Source of the DNA: Schizochytrium sp. TIO01
Taxonomy: Eukaryota > Protista > Bigyra: Labyrinthulomycetes
NCBI GenBank assembly: GCA_004764695.1
Contig: SMSO01000031.1
Coordinates: forward strand, 1,960,436 to 2,024,435
DNA: 64,000 nucleotides
Reading direction: 5' to 3'
The notes beneath the pieces were generated by a model. The model had not been told where the DNA came from. It searched no databases and saw only the letters and a program-made list of their open reading frames with translations. The translations under genes were made by a program, and so were the position numbers. Below, piece by piece: positions 21,823-34,800 of the stretch. How positions within the stretch are numbered: the stretch's first letter is position 1; every line of letters begins with the position of its first letter.

Positions 21823-22944
21823 ATGGAGAAGGCCAACGACACCTCGAAAGTCGCCGCGAAGAAAGATGTGGAGAAGGAGGACGACGTGGAGAACATCAGC
21901 GATGAAGGAAAGGTGAATGGTGGCAAGGGCTCTGCAGATGAAAATAGTGCCAAAACAGATAAAGCAAAGTCTGCAAAGAAGGACGTTGAGAACAACGAGA
22001 ATAATGACGATGATGACGATGAGGACAATGACGATGAGGATGACGACGAAGACGATGATGACGAAGACGATGAGGATGACAATGACGAGGATGATGAAGA
22101 TGAAGACGACGATGCTGAGGATGCTAGAAAGTCTCGTGAAAAGGATAATAAGAAAGAATCTACTTCGAATAGCAAAACAGCTGATGATGACGAAGATGAC
22201 GACGAAGACGACGAGGACAAGGATGAAGATGAGGAAGATGGCGATGGAGATGACGATGACGATGACGATGACGAGGAAAATGCCAACAACGAGGACGGAG
22301 ATGATGACGACGAGGACGGAGATGATGACGACGAGGATAATGATGACGACGAGGATGAGGATGAGGATGATGCTAAACCCTCTGAGAAGAAGGGGGAATC
22401 AAGCGACAAATCTATCGCTAAAAAAGATGCCAAGAAAGACAATGAAAAAGACAAACAAGAGGCGGAAAATCGTGGTTCAGCCGGTGTAGATTCCGCAGGA
22501 AGTGGTAAAAAATCCCCAAAGGCAGATAAATCTGTTAAGAACTCCTCCGCAACGGCACCCGAATCGAAATCTTCATCAGAAGATCAAAAATCATCAGCAG
22601 CGAAGAGCCAGTCCACAAAGGCTAACGGGGAAGGCGATGATGAGGATAAAATGGATATAGACGTTGCGGAAAATGGAACTGAGGAGATGGCTAATGGTAA
22701 TGACGGAGCTTCGAAGACAGCAGGCAATAAGCAAGACGAGGATGCTAAGGATGATAGCGAACGTCGGATTATCTATCATATTAAAAACGGGCGGAAACGC
22801 CGCAAGGCTAATTGGAAGGCCCCGCCTAAGGCTGAGCTAGCTGGAGATACTTTGACTATTGCAAGCCGTCAGGATTTGATTAACTACATTAAACTCTCTG
22901 TGCAGGCTTCCATGCCGACTGCTATGGAGGCAGGCGAGCCGTAA
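21823..22944 (+). CDS. Highly acidic (poly-D/E) disordered protein with a C-terminal basic NLS-like motif
   Basis: gccATGG start at 21823. Two long D/E tracts use mixed codons, which argues for coding rather than a pure microsatellite. C-terminus IYHIKNGRKRRKANWKAPP. Confidence 0.8.
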   Translation: MEKANDTSKVAAKKDVEKEDDVENISDEGKVNGGKGSADENSAKTDKAKSAKKDVENNENNDDDDDEDNDDEDDDEDDDDEDDEDDNDEDDEDEDDDAEDARKSREKDNKKESTSNSKTADDDEDDDEDDEDKDEDEEDGDGDDDDDDDDEENANNEDGDDDDEDGDDDDEDNDDDEDEDEDDAKPSEKKGESSDKSIAKKDAKKDNEKDKQEAENRGSAGVDSAGSGKKSPKADKSVKNSSATAPESKSSSEDQKSSAAKSQSTKANGEGDDEDKMDIDVAENGTEEMANGNDGASKTAGNKQDEDAKDDSERRIIYHIKNGRKRRKANWKAPPKAELAGDTLTIASRQDLINYIKLSVQASMPTAMEAGEP

Positions 22945-23794
22945 AAAAGAAGCATCGTAACTTTTAGAGTTCAAACTGCTAGTCTCTGTTATTTGCCCCC
23001 TTGGCTGCTGTACTTTCAGATTCCGCTGTGCTTCATTTTGCTGGTTCAATAACGTGTCTACCATAAAGGGATTCATGTTTCATTGACAATGTCTTCTTAG
23101 TGCTCCAGGTTTGCATTGTGCAACAAGAAAATTCAGTCCCGGCATTTTTTCGTCGTCCACACTATTCTTTGTTTCTCGAAAGCACGAACACATTTAGGTC
23201 ATAAACTACATAGCTATATAAACCTGTATCATTTCTGTTAGGCGCACTCTCTCGTTGAGTGAGAGTGGGTTATATAGGTTTGCGCACTATTTCGTATCCT
23301 AGAAAGCATAGGTTGAGAAGTTCTTGAAGCATTCATACATCCTAGGTAAAGTTCCGAATAGGTTATATAACTACTTCTCTTCTTGTTGTTGGACAATTTT
23401 TGTCGTGCATACTTTTTTCTACCTCGATTGCAACGAATGAGGATTTCGAGAATATGAAGATATTACGATTCGCTAGGTGGATAAAATATGCGGATCTATC
23501 AAACTGCCATAAATGGCATAGAAGAAGAATCTTCCGCAGAAAGGCATCAGGGTTACTGCTGCAATATACCAAAAGAAATAAGGACACCAAATCAACCCCA
23601 ATGTGGCCATAAAAAAGAATTAAAAATGCTCCAGTTCTATATGTCATCCCCTATGGAGGGTGTAAAAAACATAAAAATTAAAAAATCTAAAAAGAAGCTA
23701 ACGAACTAGTAGTCACATGTTATACTACAGGTGGGTAGTACTAACTAGCAATTTATACATAGGCCCTGATACAATGAAACACCAAAGCTCAATC

Positions 23795-24673
23795 ATGACC
23801 ACGCCAGAGCCTTCGCAGCCGGAGCCATTGCAGCAGGATCGTGTGGGCGTGGTGGCCTCGGACGATTGTTTTGGGTAAGTCTCCCTTGCTACAAGCGCCG
23901 TCCCTTGATGGGCGTCTTCGCCTACAGTGCTGGCCTTGATACTGACTGTTCATGCGTGAGCACGTTCTCCGTTATTAATCTTTCCTGATCTTGCATATAA
24001 ACAGCTGTCGCGTTACAGGTACAGGGACGCTTTTGGGCATCTCGCTGTACTTGGGTCACCAGAGGTCCCTTGTTCCCGCTGCTAACGTTGGTCATCGTAC
24101 CCTGTTGCTGGCGTTGAGCTTTGCATTTGCAGGTGGAGCTGCTTTCCGATGGAAAATGTAAGCGGAAATTCGAGGAAATTGGCGTGGGCTGTTGGAGCTC
24201 TTGCGTGGTACTATGGGTTACGCCAGGCATATCTCATAGGTCATGATTTTGGTGCAGAGTACATTTATGTGTTGGCTACAGTTGTTCTGGGTATTTACTT
24301 AAATTTTGAGACGCGTCGCGAGGGCACGTTGAGCGGGTACTCTCTGTTCAACCCAAATATTGAACGCATAGCAGGCTCACTCACAGCTGATGAGATTGAC
24401 CACCAGATGCGATCTGGAAACATGACTACATCCGGGTCTGATGGTTCCTCTTCTGTATCGGTGCCAACGCCGAGGCGTCCTCTTGGTATTGGACATCGGC
24501 TTGGCAGCGCTTCAGACACCTCGTCTGCTGTGACCCAGGTTGTTGGTTCTGACAAAAGCAGAGATGAGGATATTGCACAAAAACGTCGTGAACGTCAGCA
24601 ACAAGCTGCAGAGGCTGCTTTGCGACGAAGGTCAATGGCGATTGTACCTGAAGCATCCCCATCACAGCAATGA
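23795..24673 (+). CDS. SAYSD1: SAYSvFN-domain protein (SAYSD1), two exons: 23795-23874 and 24133-24673
   Basis: A hydrophobic hairpin followed by IYLNF...EGTLSGYSLFNPNIERIAGSLTADEID. GTAAGT donor at 23875, GCTAAC branch point at 24081 and TTTGCAG acceptor at 24132 join exon 1 (MTTPEPSQ...DCFG) in frame to WSCFPMENV. Confidence 0.85.
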
Positions 24674-25742
24674 AATAAAGAATATATATTTTCGTAATTT
24701 GTTTCCTTTTTAGTGCACGTCTGCCACAATGGCGCATACGTCCACAAAAATCACTACCCAATACGCTTTTCCTGTCAGCGAGCTGCTACCCAGGCAGAGA
24801 ATACATTTCATTTTTGTTGATTCGGGACGATTCTATTTCAAAATTCTTTATTTGCCGATTTACTTAAGAGGTTTCAGAGGTGTGTAAGAACTATCAATTT
24901 GTGTTATTCCTCAAATGAACGAAGGAATAAACGAATAGATGGTATACACCTTTTATGAACTGATTAAAATCAATGATCCTACCTATAAGAGGCCCAGAGT
25001 ATACCACCATCACTACGAAAAAAATCACGTAAGTGTATGAGGAGATTTATCATCCTTCTCAGTTTAATGCACCTATTCGTTTATCCTAACTAGGAAATAA
25101 AGGCAATCTATATTCCTCAAAGCTTTCTATTGTTCTTGTTTAAGAACTAAAAGAATAATTAAGAGCTTACTCTCAGAAAGTTACGTATGGTTTTTGTATG
25201 AAAGGGGTTGTTTGGCCATTACATCTTCTCGCGAGTCCTGGAAAGACTTAATACATCCGTCTCTCAAAGGAGTTAATTACCTGATTAGAGATTGGTCCTA
25301 TAAAATCTGTGGAGGAAGAAGTAGTAGCATAGTCAAAAGAAGATACTACAATGAATTTTAATAATTGAGTCTATTCAGAACAAATATACATATTAAAAAA
25401 ACTAAAAAAACCAAATGGGGCCCGGAGGTGGATGAAAATGATTACAGACACAGTTCATATGAAGTCAATTTCTTTAGCTTTGGTCTTCTAAGTTAACAAG
25501 TACAAAACATGGGTCATGCATGTCTCGCTGCCTCCGTTTTAATGTTGTACATTAGATATAATGCATGTAAAAGCAGGGCCCTGAGTCCCGCCGTGTACCC
25601 CGTGCAAGGATGGTACATGGCGAGAGATAGTGGGGCAACGTGTTGTGCTGGTAGCTATGATGTTTTCCCCCCCTAAATATCGTAATGAAGAGATACCACA
25701 GCCAACAAACAACTCAGCAAAAATCGATATTTTGGGTTTCTC

Positions 25743-27581
25743 TTATGCCAACTGAACTTGGGTCCGTTCTTCCGTGCCTAGCGGAGTCTTTGGCTCAGCG
25801 GAGTCTGGTGGCATATACAGATCGAGATCCTCATAGCAATTGCGCATTAGAGTACTAATTTCTTCTAATTCTGCCACGAGTCCAGGGTTAAGGTACGGCT
25901 TCTGCACTGGAAGATCGTGCTTGGCTTTCTGAGGTCGGGCCGTATTAGAGCTTACCTCAGATCGAGGGGAATAGTGTGCATCTGTGTTTGTCGTCGATGT
26001 TGTTGCGTCATCCTCATATTCATGTTGAGCCCCTTGGGCTGCTGTCTCATTTTCACGACAAGCCTGAACAACCATATGCACAAAGTATGCTGCCGCAACC
26101 CGACGGGTGTTCGCCCAGTATTTGGTGAGCTGTTCGCTGCCGAGAAGCTTTTGCAAACGCTTGCGCAAAGAGCTTCGATCCCGGATCGGGCGAAGATCTT
26201 TGAGAAGGGATTTTCCATGAGGACTTGTCTTAGCGTCTTGGACTTGATCGACGAGGGCCCTGTTAAACTGCTGAAGAATGCCTTTGAAAGGTGTGCGATC
26301 TCCCTCTTGCAAGAAGGAGCAAAGCAGAAGAGCGGCATTTTCGTTCCAGGTAAAGGTACGCTTCAGGCGCTGGTCAAGCTCCTCTTCAAAGCCTTGATCA
26401 ATATTGCGAAGTGTGTACACCACTTCAAAAAAACGATCAATTTGGTCTTGCGATAGCTGGACCCTGGCTTTGGCCATTTGGGCAAACTCAGAGAAAGAAT
26501 CAAGCGCGCGGGTGCGGGGGGAGCTTTTGCGGCGCACAATCGGTCTGACAGGTCTAGCACCAGATATTCGAGCATCTGCGGTAGTAGTAATAGTAGCATT
26601 AGGGGATGGAATCGACGGGTCTACTTGGATCTCAAGTTTTCGTGAGCGTTTCTGGGAGAAATTAGCCGCAGCAGAAGACACGTGCGGCTCCGAAATGGAG
26701 CGCTTTAGCATCATCTTACGCTCAGCTTCGTTACCATGGATCGAAACTCCTTGGCTGTAGGTGCGCGCAGTAACAGCAGCTTCAGGGCTGGTAGCATATG
26801 AGTGAAAAGCGTGCATGGGCGGGTGGCCGCCAATGGGCTCTAGATCATTCCACATACTATCATCGAGAACAAAACTGTTGTCATCATGGTGGTACGACTC
26901 TGAGGAAAACAAGGGGCGGCAGCCTCGCGATCGATCTTTCTCTTCGAGATAGTGCTGCTGAGGATGTGAGTAAAGAAAGGCTTCGTTCGAACCCTCTTGT
27001 TGGTGTGAATGTGGATAGGTGGTTGAATGGTAGTAGGCCTCTCCAGTGCAAGCCCCCATGTGGTTGATGTTGTTTGCCAGTGTAGTCTCTTGTTGTTGCT
27101 GTTGCTGTTGGTGGTTGTGGTGGTGCTCTTTGTCGCGGCGTTGCCATCTCATCGAATGGTCGCTCACATGTGGACTTCCTTCAGCAGTCAGAAAAACTGT
27201 GTCATTTGTCTGAGCGCTGTATTGCTGTTGGTGGTGCTGCCTGTACTCGTCGCCCCCACGGTTGCTCTGGTATGAAGGAGAATGATTGTTGTATGCGGCA
27301 GTATTGTCATAAGCAATATTACAGTACTTTGCATCGTCATCTTCATATGCGACATTACCGTAATTCTGGTGCTTTGGATAGAACTGCAGCTGTTGCTGGT
27401 TCATATTCCTGTGCCCTGCGTAATTCGCTCCATAATAGTTGCTGTTCGCAATTGATTCATGTTCGTAAAAGGTCATTTTTGCCGTCGTCACTTCAAGGTC
27501 AGGTTCCTCTTTTAAATTCCTCATCAAGCTATCTTGCACCCACGTGTCCATCTCTTCTGCCTCCTCTCTGCGAGCCTCCAT
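25743..27581 (-). CDS. Q/H/Y-rich protein with a possible Myb/SANT-like domain (putative transcription factor)
   Basis: 612-aa ORF with gaagATGG start, a low-complexity N-half and NLS-like QKRSRK. TFTWNENAALL...RDRSSLRKRLQKL resembles Myb helices 1 and 3. The CDS is secure; the function is weak. Confidence 0.7.
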   Translation of the reverse strand: MEARREEAEEMDTWVQDSLMRNLKEEPDLEVTTAKMTFYEHESIANSNYYGANYAGHRNMNQQQLQFYPKHQNYGNVAYEDDDAKYCNIAYDNTAAYNNHSPSYQSNRGGDEYRQHHQQQYSAQTNDTVFLTAEGSPHVSDHSMRWQRRDKEHHHNHQQQQQQQETTLANNINHMGACTGEAYYHSTTYPHSHQQEGSNEAFLYSHPQQHYLEEKDRSRGCRPLFSSESYHHDDNSFVLDDSMWNDLEPIGGHPPMHAFHSYATSPEAAVTARTYSQGVSIHGNEAERKMMLKRSISEPHVSSAAANFSQKRSRKLEIQVDPSIPSPNATITTTADARISGARPVRPIVRRKSSPRTRALDSFSEFAQMAKARVQLSQDQIDRFFEVVYTLRNIDQGFEEELDQRLKRTFTWNENAALLLCSFLQEGDRTPFKGILQQFNRALVDQVQDAKTSPHGKSLLKDLRPIRDRSSLRKRLQKLLGSEQLTKYWANTRRVAAAYFVHMVVQACRENETAAQGAQHEYEDDATTSTTNTDAHYSPRSEVSSNTARPQKAKHDLPVQKPYLNPGLVAELEEISTLMRNCYEDLDLYMPPDSAEPKTPLGTEERTQVQLA

Positions 27582-28485
27582 CTTCTTTTGTTTGTTTGCT
27601 TTCTTCGCCGTCTCTCGTCTCTTTCTCAGGCCAGTCTAACGCAGCAGAAGAGAATCAGAGCCCTGCCTGCCAGAAATGAAGCAAGAAAGAACGAAAGAAC
27701 GTTCGCTTTCCCAACTGGAACGCCTCCTGCCTCTCGCTAGTATCAACGAATGAGCGAGCTCAAAGCAAAGTATAAAACAAAGAACAAAGAGAACAAAGAA
27801 GAAACGAAACCTTGAGACAAAATTCTCTGTCGAGCGAGGGGTGCGCAGGGCGTCCTCGAGGACTTATGTGCGCAGGGTCACTATTCAGGGCGCTTTCGTC
27901 TCGCCTCGTTTCTGGGAGCAAGCGGGAGGGCGCTCTCGCCTGCGCTTCCCTGCCGATGCGCTGGCGCCTGCCTGCCTGCGCTGCGCTGGAGGCGATCCGT
28001 CGATCGGATGGGGTCGAAGGGATCTGTTCGACCGCTCGATGGACCTCGAGCGAGCGAGCTCTTCTTCAGGGTTATTGATTTGTATATCCCTGGATGCGGG
28101 CACCCGTGTCCTCGGGCTCCGTGCCAGCCTGCTGTCACAGTATTACGCGCCGGGCACCGTGGTCCTGCTGCCGCTTCGGCTGTCGTCTGTCTGTCTTCGA
28201 AAGCCTTGCGCTTGCTCTGCCGCGACGAAGTTTGCTTTCGCTTGCTTTCGAGGATTGCTTTCTTTCTATTCTTCTTTCATTCTTTCATTCTTTCATTCTT
28301 TCATTCTCTCGCGTACTTACTTTCGCTTTTCTGTTTAGAGATTCCTTCTTTCTTACTCGCTTTCCTAAGCCCTTCTGTAGTTAGCTGGCTAGCTAGGACT
28401 TTGGTTAATTAGGTGCTTAGACGCCCACTTAGGCCCTTGGTTAAGGGTTGGGTGACCAGCGAGTTGCTTAGTTTGTCAGTAAACA

Positions 28486-28753
28486 GAGTGAGTGAGTGAG
28501 TGAGTGAGTGAGTGAGTGAGTGAAGAATTAAATGAAAGTAAGGAAGTAAGATAGTAAATAGGCAGACTTCATGAGTTAAGTTTGTTGGCTCTTGATTCAT
28601 TCATTTCTTTCTTTCTTCGATTGTCTGCATACCTGCAGAGCAGATCTATCCCCTTCTTGTGCATATGGTACGGTATGGTGGATATAATAGATGGTTAAGC
28701 TGAGTGAATGGGTACGTCCATGAGATGAGATGAGATGAGATGAGATGAGATGA
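28486..28753. repeat. Short (GAGT)n and (GAGAT)n microsatellites
   Basis: Visible at about 28486-28523 and 28721-28753. Confidence 0.9.
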
Positions 28754-30760
28754 GCAAGTCCATAGGGGGCACCTTCTTTTGCATCAGGCCGTCGGAATTA
28801 TGAAAGTATTTCAAGTAAAAGTTTTTTAAAGATCGTACAGAATGAGAATAAAATAACCATGTGTGAGAGCCTGCCTATTGGAAAGATCAATATAGAACGA
28901 ATGAATGAATGAATGAATAAATAAATAAATAAAGAAATGTGTTTTAGCAGGCGCTCCGTTTTTAGATTCTTTGTGAACTTGGAGAAACAACTTATTTTTT
29001 TACGTGCAAAGTATTTATTTATAGATACGGGAAGGGATCTCTTCAAATCCACGCATACGTATTGATCATTGATTCACCCGTCCTCCATCATTTCTGAGTA
29101 ATTCATACCTATTCCTTTCGTCAATAAGGCGCATGCGTTGATGAGCGAGACTGGTGAGTTAAACATCCTCAGCTCGAACCTTGCTTCCATCCTTTTCATG
29201 GTCGTTCGCCCTTTTGAAATCGTGATCATCCATAGGCACCCTTTATTCATGAAGCATCTGAAAACTAGAAAACATTTTAGAATCCCATAACTGATACTTC
29301 ATATCATCCATCGATCTACATCCAGAGCAATCTTGTTTCTCGATGATCTTCTTCCTTCGGTGGGTTTCTTCAACTTGAAGTTGCTGATTGGTGGATCTTC
29401 AATTGGTTGGAGCTTGAGACGACAGAAGCTGCTGCAAAGAATTCTTTGTGCGTTGCCTCCATTCTCCAAACATTGCTTCGCGCGAGTCACTCACCCAACA
29501 AAGCAGCCTGCAATAAACTGATGAAACGGAAGTAGTCAAATAAGCCAAGTCCTTTTAGTTCGTGGAGGCGGTTCCCGCTTTTTGCAAATGGTTGCACTTC
29601 GAGACCTTGAAAGAATAGTTTTCTTTCCTCTTCAATCATCTTCTTTCTATTTTCATTTGACAGTTTACTACGATACATGTATGTATGAATGTATGTATGT
29701 GTGAATGAATGTATGTATGCATACAGATAGATGGATGAATTAAAAATAAATGAGAGGAAATGAATAAAATACAGGAAGGCCTTGAAAAGGGGGCGCACTC
29801 GTCAAGATCATAAGGGGTGTCGAAAGCGTTGATGATGGGTTAATGAAATAGGAAAAAGCACTTATTTGGAAGGGTCGCAAGAGGTCGATGGATAATATTC
29901 CGTTGCAAGACTCTCCTTAGACTGACTCGCATGGCTAGACAAAGAAAGGCCGCTTCAAAGGCATGCATGCATGCGTGCATGCATACAAACCGAAAGGCAG
30001 CAGGTCAATCTCCAAGATGATTTTAAAAACAAAACAAAACAAAAACTATAGAGAAATAAGGAAAAGAAAAGTAAAGAAAACAACACTTGTTTGTGTTTTA
30101 AAAAGGTAAAAACCAGGAAAGATTCTTTGTTTCAACTTTCTCTGGTTGAAACAGAGATCATTTTATTTTATTTTATTTTAAAATACTAAATAATATTTAT
30201 TATTCAAATAATAATAATAATTATAATAATAATAAAAGCAGTGTACGGATTCTTAAAATATTATTTTTCGTACTTGTTTATTTACCACATTCCTTTTCAA
30301 ATAAAATAAGAAGAAATCACCAAAACTACAGCAGAAAGTGCAATAAGCTTCGCTTTGGAATTCCGGTTGGGGCCGCGGGCCTCTCAACAGGAAGTCTTCC
30401 TCTTTCAGGACTTTCCTGATTAAATACAATCCTGGAGAAGGGAGACTCCTTTGCGGCCAATAAGTTCTCTCCGCAACCAATGGTGGCGTTTTCCGCTTCC
30501 TGTTTTCAGGCTCGCTCGTTCGTTCTGGTCTCGAAGTCACCTTCAAGGTCATCCGTTTTATGCTAAAGCAGCAACGCGCACTGTATTAAAGTCCGTGAAG
30601 CACAAGAGCGCTACATCCCTTTAGATCGAATTGTTGGGACCTTTTCTTGCATATATCTATATATATAGATATAGATGTATATATTTAAGATAAATAAATA
30701 TAACGTAGGTAAACTTAAAATAAAAGTAAAGGAAGTTGTATATACAAGTTAACTCAGCAT

Positions 30761-31782
<1,022 letters not shown>

Positions 31783-32313
31783 TGCATGCGGTCCCTTCGT
31801 ACGTGCGAGTTAAGCTCAGTCTGTCTGAAGATTGAAGTTGCCTGCACACGCAGACAGGCAGACACAGAGGGCTCCGTCTCCTCCTCCTCCCTCTTCTTTC
31901 CTCCCGCCGGTGCCTCAGTCAAACTAGACCTTCTGCGAGATAGAGTATCTTCGCAGCCTCCGTTCCCTTCCTTCCTTCAGTCCACTGGAATCTGCGACGT
32001 GGCTCTGCTGATCTGATCTGCTTGTCTCGTAAAAAACTTCCGCTGCTTCTTTCTGCCCTCTTCCACAGTAAAGGAGACAGAGAGAAGGAAGGAAGTAAGG
32101 AAGGAAGAAGAAGAGAGAAAGAAAGAGAAAGAAAGAGAAAAAAGTTTCAAAGACAGAGACAGAGAGAAAAAGAGATTAGAAAGATAAACAAAGAGAAAGA
32201 CTAAAAGAGAGACAAAGAGAAAGGAATTACAAAGGCAAAGAAGACAAAGACGAAGAATCTTTCGCAATCTATGGATCCACAGAGGCACGTACCGATCAAC
32301 CTGTTCCGATAAT

Positions 32314-32688
32314 CTTTGCTTTGCTTTGCTTTGCTTTGCTTTGCTTTGCTTTGCTTTGCTTTGCTTTGCTTTGCTTTGCTTTGCTTTGCTTTGCTTTGCT
32401 TTGCTTTGCTTTGCTTTGCTTTGCTTGCTTTGCTTTGCTTTGCTTTGCTTTGCTTTGCTTTGCTTTGCTTTGCTTTGCTTTGCTTTGCTTTGCTTTGCTT
32501 TGCTTTGCTTTGCTTTGCTTTGCTTTGCTTTGCTTTGCTTTGCTTTGCTTTGCTTTGCTTTGCTTTGCTTTGCTTTGCTTTGCTTTGCTTTGCTTTGCTT
32601 TGCTTTGCTTTGCTTTGCTTTGCTTTGCTTTGCTTTGCTTTGCTTTGCTTTGCTTTGCTTTGCTTTGCTTTGTTTTGCTTTGTTTTGC
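32314..32688. repeat. (CTTTG)n pentanucleotide microsatellite, about 75 units
   Basis: Nearly perfect array with one 1-nt slip near 32425. Confidence 0.98.
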
Positions 32689-33608
32689 CGCGTTCGAAGG
32701 AAGGAAGGACGCTCGAGCGAAGAGAGCAGTGGATAGCCAGCTAGAAGGGTTGGCGTGGAGCGGATATGGAGTGTGACGGAAGCGAGAGATGGTGTTCAAG
32801 CAGGTAGCAGCCGCCTCGTTTGCATGTATGTATATACATATGTATATTTGTATATTTGTATATTTGTATATTTGTATATTTGTATGTATGTATGTAGATA
32901 TGTATATGTGTGCATTGTGAATGTATGCGTGTGAGTGTGCGGGTCCTTGGAGCACTTTAGCACCGTCGTCAACCTGCCTCCCGCCTGTTCGGCTGTACCC
33001 CATGCGTTGACGCAGCTGCTGCTCCTTGGTCTTGCGAACCCTCGTATCGCCGGCTCCACTTGCTCAGTTCCTTTCTTCGCCTACCTAGCCAGAGCCCGCT
33101 CAAGCAAGTGCCATCGAGCCCGGCAAGAACCGGAGCTCAGTGCTCATCCTCATCCTCGACGTGCTCGAGAGGCTGGCTTGCTCGCTGCTTGCTCGCTGCT
33201 TGCCTGCTTGCTTGCTTGCTGCTTGCCTGCTTGCTGCTTGCGTGCTTGCTGCTTGGCAGGCCTTGGCAGGCCTTGGCAGACGTGGGCCTTGGCATGCGGG
33301 CTCGCAGGCAGCAGAGACCGCCTCGTCCTGATTGTTGGTTGGCTTGGTGTCGAATGGTTGGTGCACTGAGGCGCGCGTGTTGCTTACGCCAAATCTTGAG
33401 GAGGAGTAAATCATGGTCGACTGCGTTGACTAACGAATTGCCACCGACTGATGGAATCGATCGATGGATCGATTGATGGATCGATTGACTGATTGACTTT
33501 GGAGTGCTACGTGCATAGAGAGGTATTGGAGCTGACAATCTTTTACTCCTCTTACTTACTTACACGAACAGACAGAGAGCCGAGCGAATGTAAATGATTG
33601 AAGTAGTT

Positions 33609-33744
33609 AAACAAGCAAACAAACAAACAAACAAACAAACAAACAAACAAACAAACAAACAAACAAACAAACAAACAAACAAACAAACAAACAAACAAAC
33701 AAACAAACAAACAAACAAACAAACAAACAAACAAACAAACAAAC
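33609..33744. repeat. (AAAC)n microsatellite
   Basis: Visible directly. Confidence 0.97.
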
Positions 33745-34203
33745 GAAACGAAAGGAAGGAAGGAAGAAAAGCAAAAGAGAAAAAACAATTTTACTTAATA
33801 AATAAGGGGAACAACAAAAGAGCAAAGAGCAAAGGAGCAAACAAATATGGGCACAGATTTGTACCTACGTAGATGCATGCTTTCACTTCGCCTTCATCAC
33901 TCACATGCTGCTTGTTTGTTTCGTCACCTGGCCACCAGAGAAATCAATAGAGATATCCTTGCGGCCAGTGCTTTCAGGGCCGCCTTCGTCTGCGTTTGTC
34001 CCTGCACTTCTTCTTCTTCTTCTTCTTCACAGACTTTTACTTACGCGCCAATTTACTTACTCTACAATTACTGTAGATTTTGTTTGTTGTTCGTCAGCGA
34101 AACTATCTCGGTTACGCAAGCGAGCGAATACATTTGACTGGTCACGCTTTCGAATCACTCGCTCACTTAAACAAGCAGAGCAGTGTCGATATACACATAC
34201 ATA

Positions 34204-34245
34204 AATGAATGAATGAATGAATGAATGAATGAATGAATGAATGAA
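34204..34245. repeat. (AATG)n microsatellite
   Basis: Visible directly. Confidence 0.9.
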
Positions 34246-34670
34246 TAAACAACAAGTGTGAAGATCTCGCTCTTTAGAACGAACTGAAGAAAAAGACAAA
34301 CCAGCGCAAAAAGAAATAAAGGAATCTAAGGAGGCTTCGCTGCTTTTGCTTCCTGCGATGCTTGGCAGCCTCCGTGCGGAATACAGCGGCCTATCTTTTC
34401 CGCTTGATCGATACTCCTGGAGTATAAACATTAACTAAATGACTGAAATACTTGTAACCCAGGGTCAGCAGCACAGTCCGTCTAGCTACAGAATAGATGA
34501 CCTCTATGAACAGACGGAAGAGACAGCATCCGTGAAAATGACACCATACTTTCCTGCACTCTTAGAGAGAAGTTAGTAAACAGAAGAAAATGGTCTTTCT
34601 CTTTGAAATAAATAGACGATAAAATTAGTTGAAAACATTTACTTTCTTTAAGTTTTTTATTAAAAAAAGT

Positions 34671-34800
34671 AAAAACAAAATCTAAAAGCAAAATCTAAAA
34701 GCAAAATCTAAAAGCAAAATCTAAAAACAAAATCTAAAAACAAAATCTAAAAACAAAAAGTAAAAGCAAAATCTAAAAAAACAAATCCTAAAAACAAAAT
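34671..34800. repeat. 13-bp minisatellite TCTAAAA[G/A]CAAAA
   Basis: About five near-perfect units plus degenerate copies. Confidence 0.85.

Noticed and set aside
21801-22454. Poly-Ser ORF on the minus strand
   Set aside because: Antisense shadow of the GAY/GAR-rich acidic gene.
32296-33003. ORFs of (KQSKA)n and (LCFAL)n
   Set aside because: Translations of the stop-free CTTTG microsatellite, open in many frames.
33552-33872. ORFs of (TNKQ)n and (FVCL)n
   Set aside because: Artefacts of the AAAC microsatellite.
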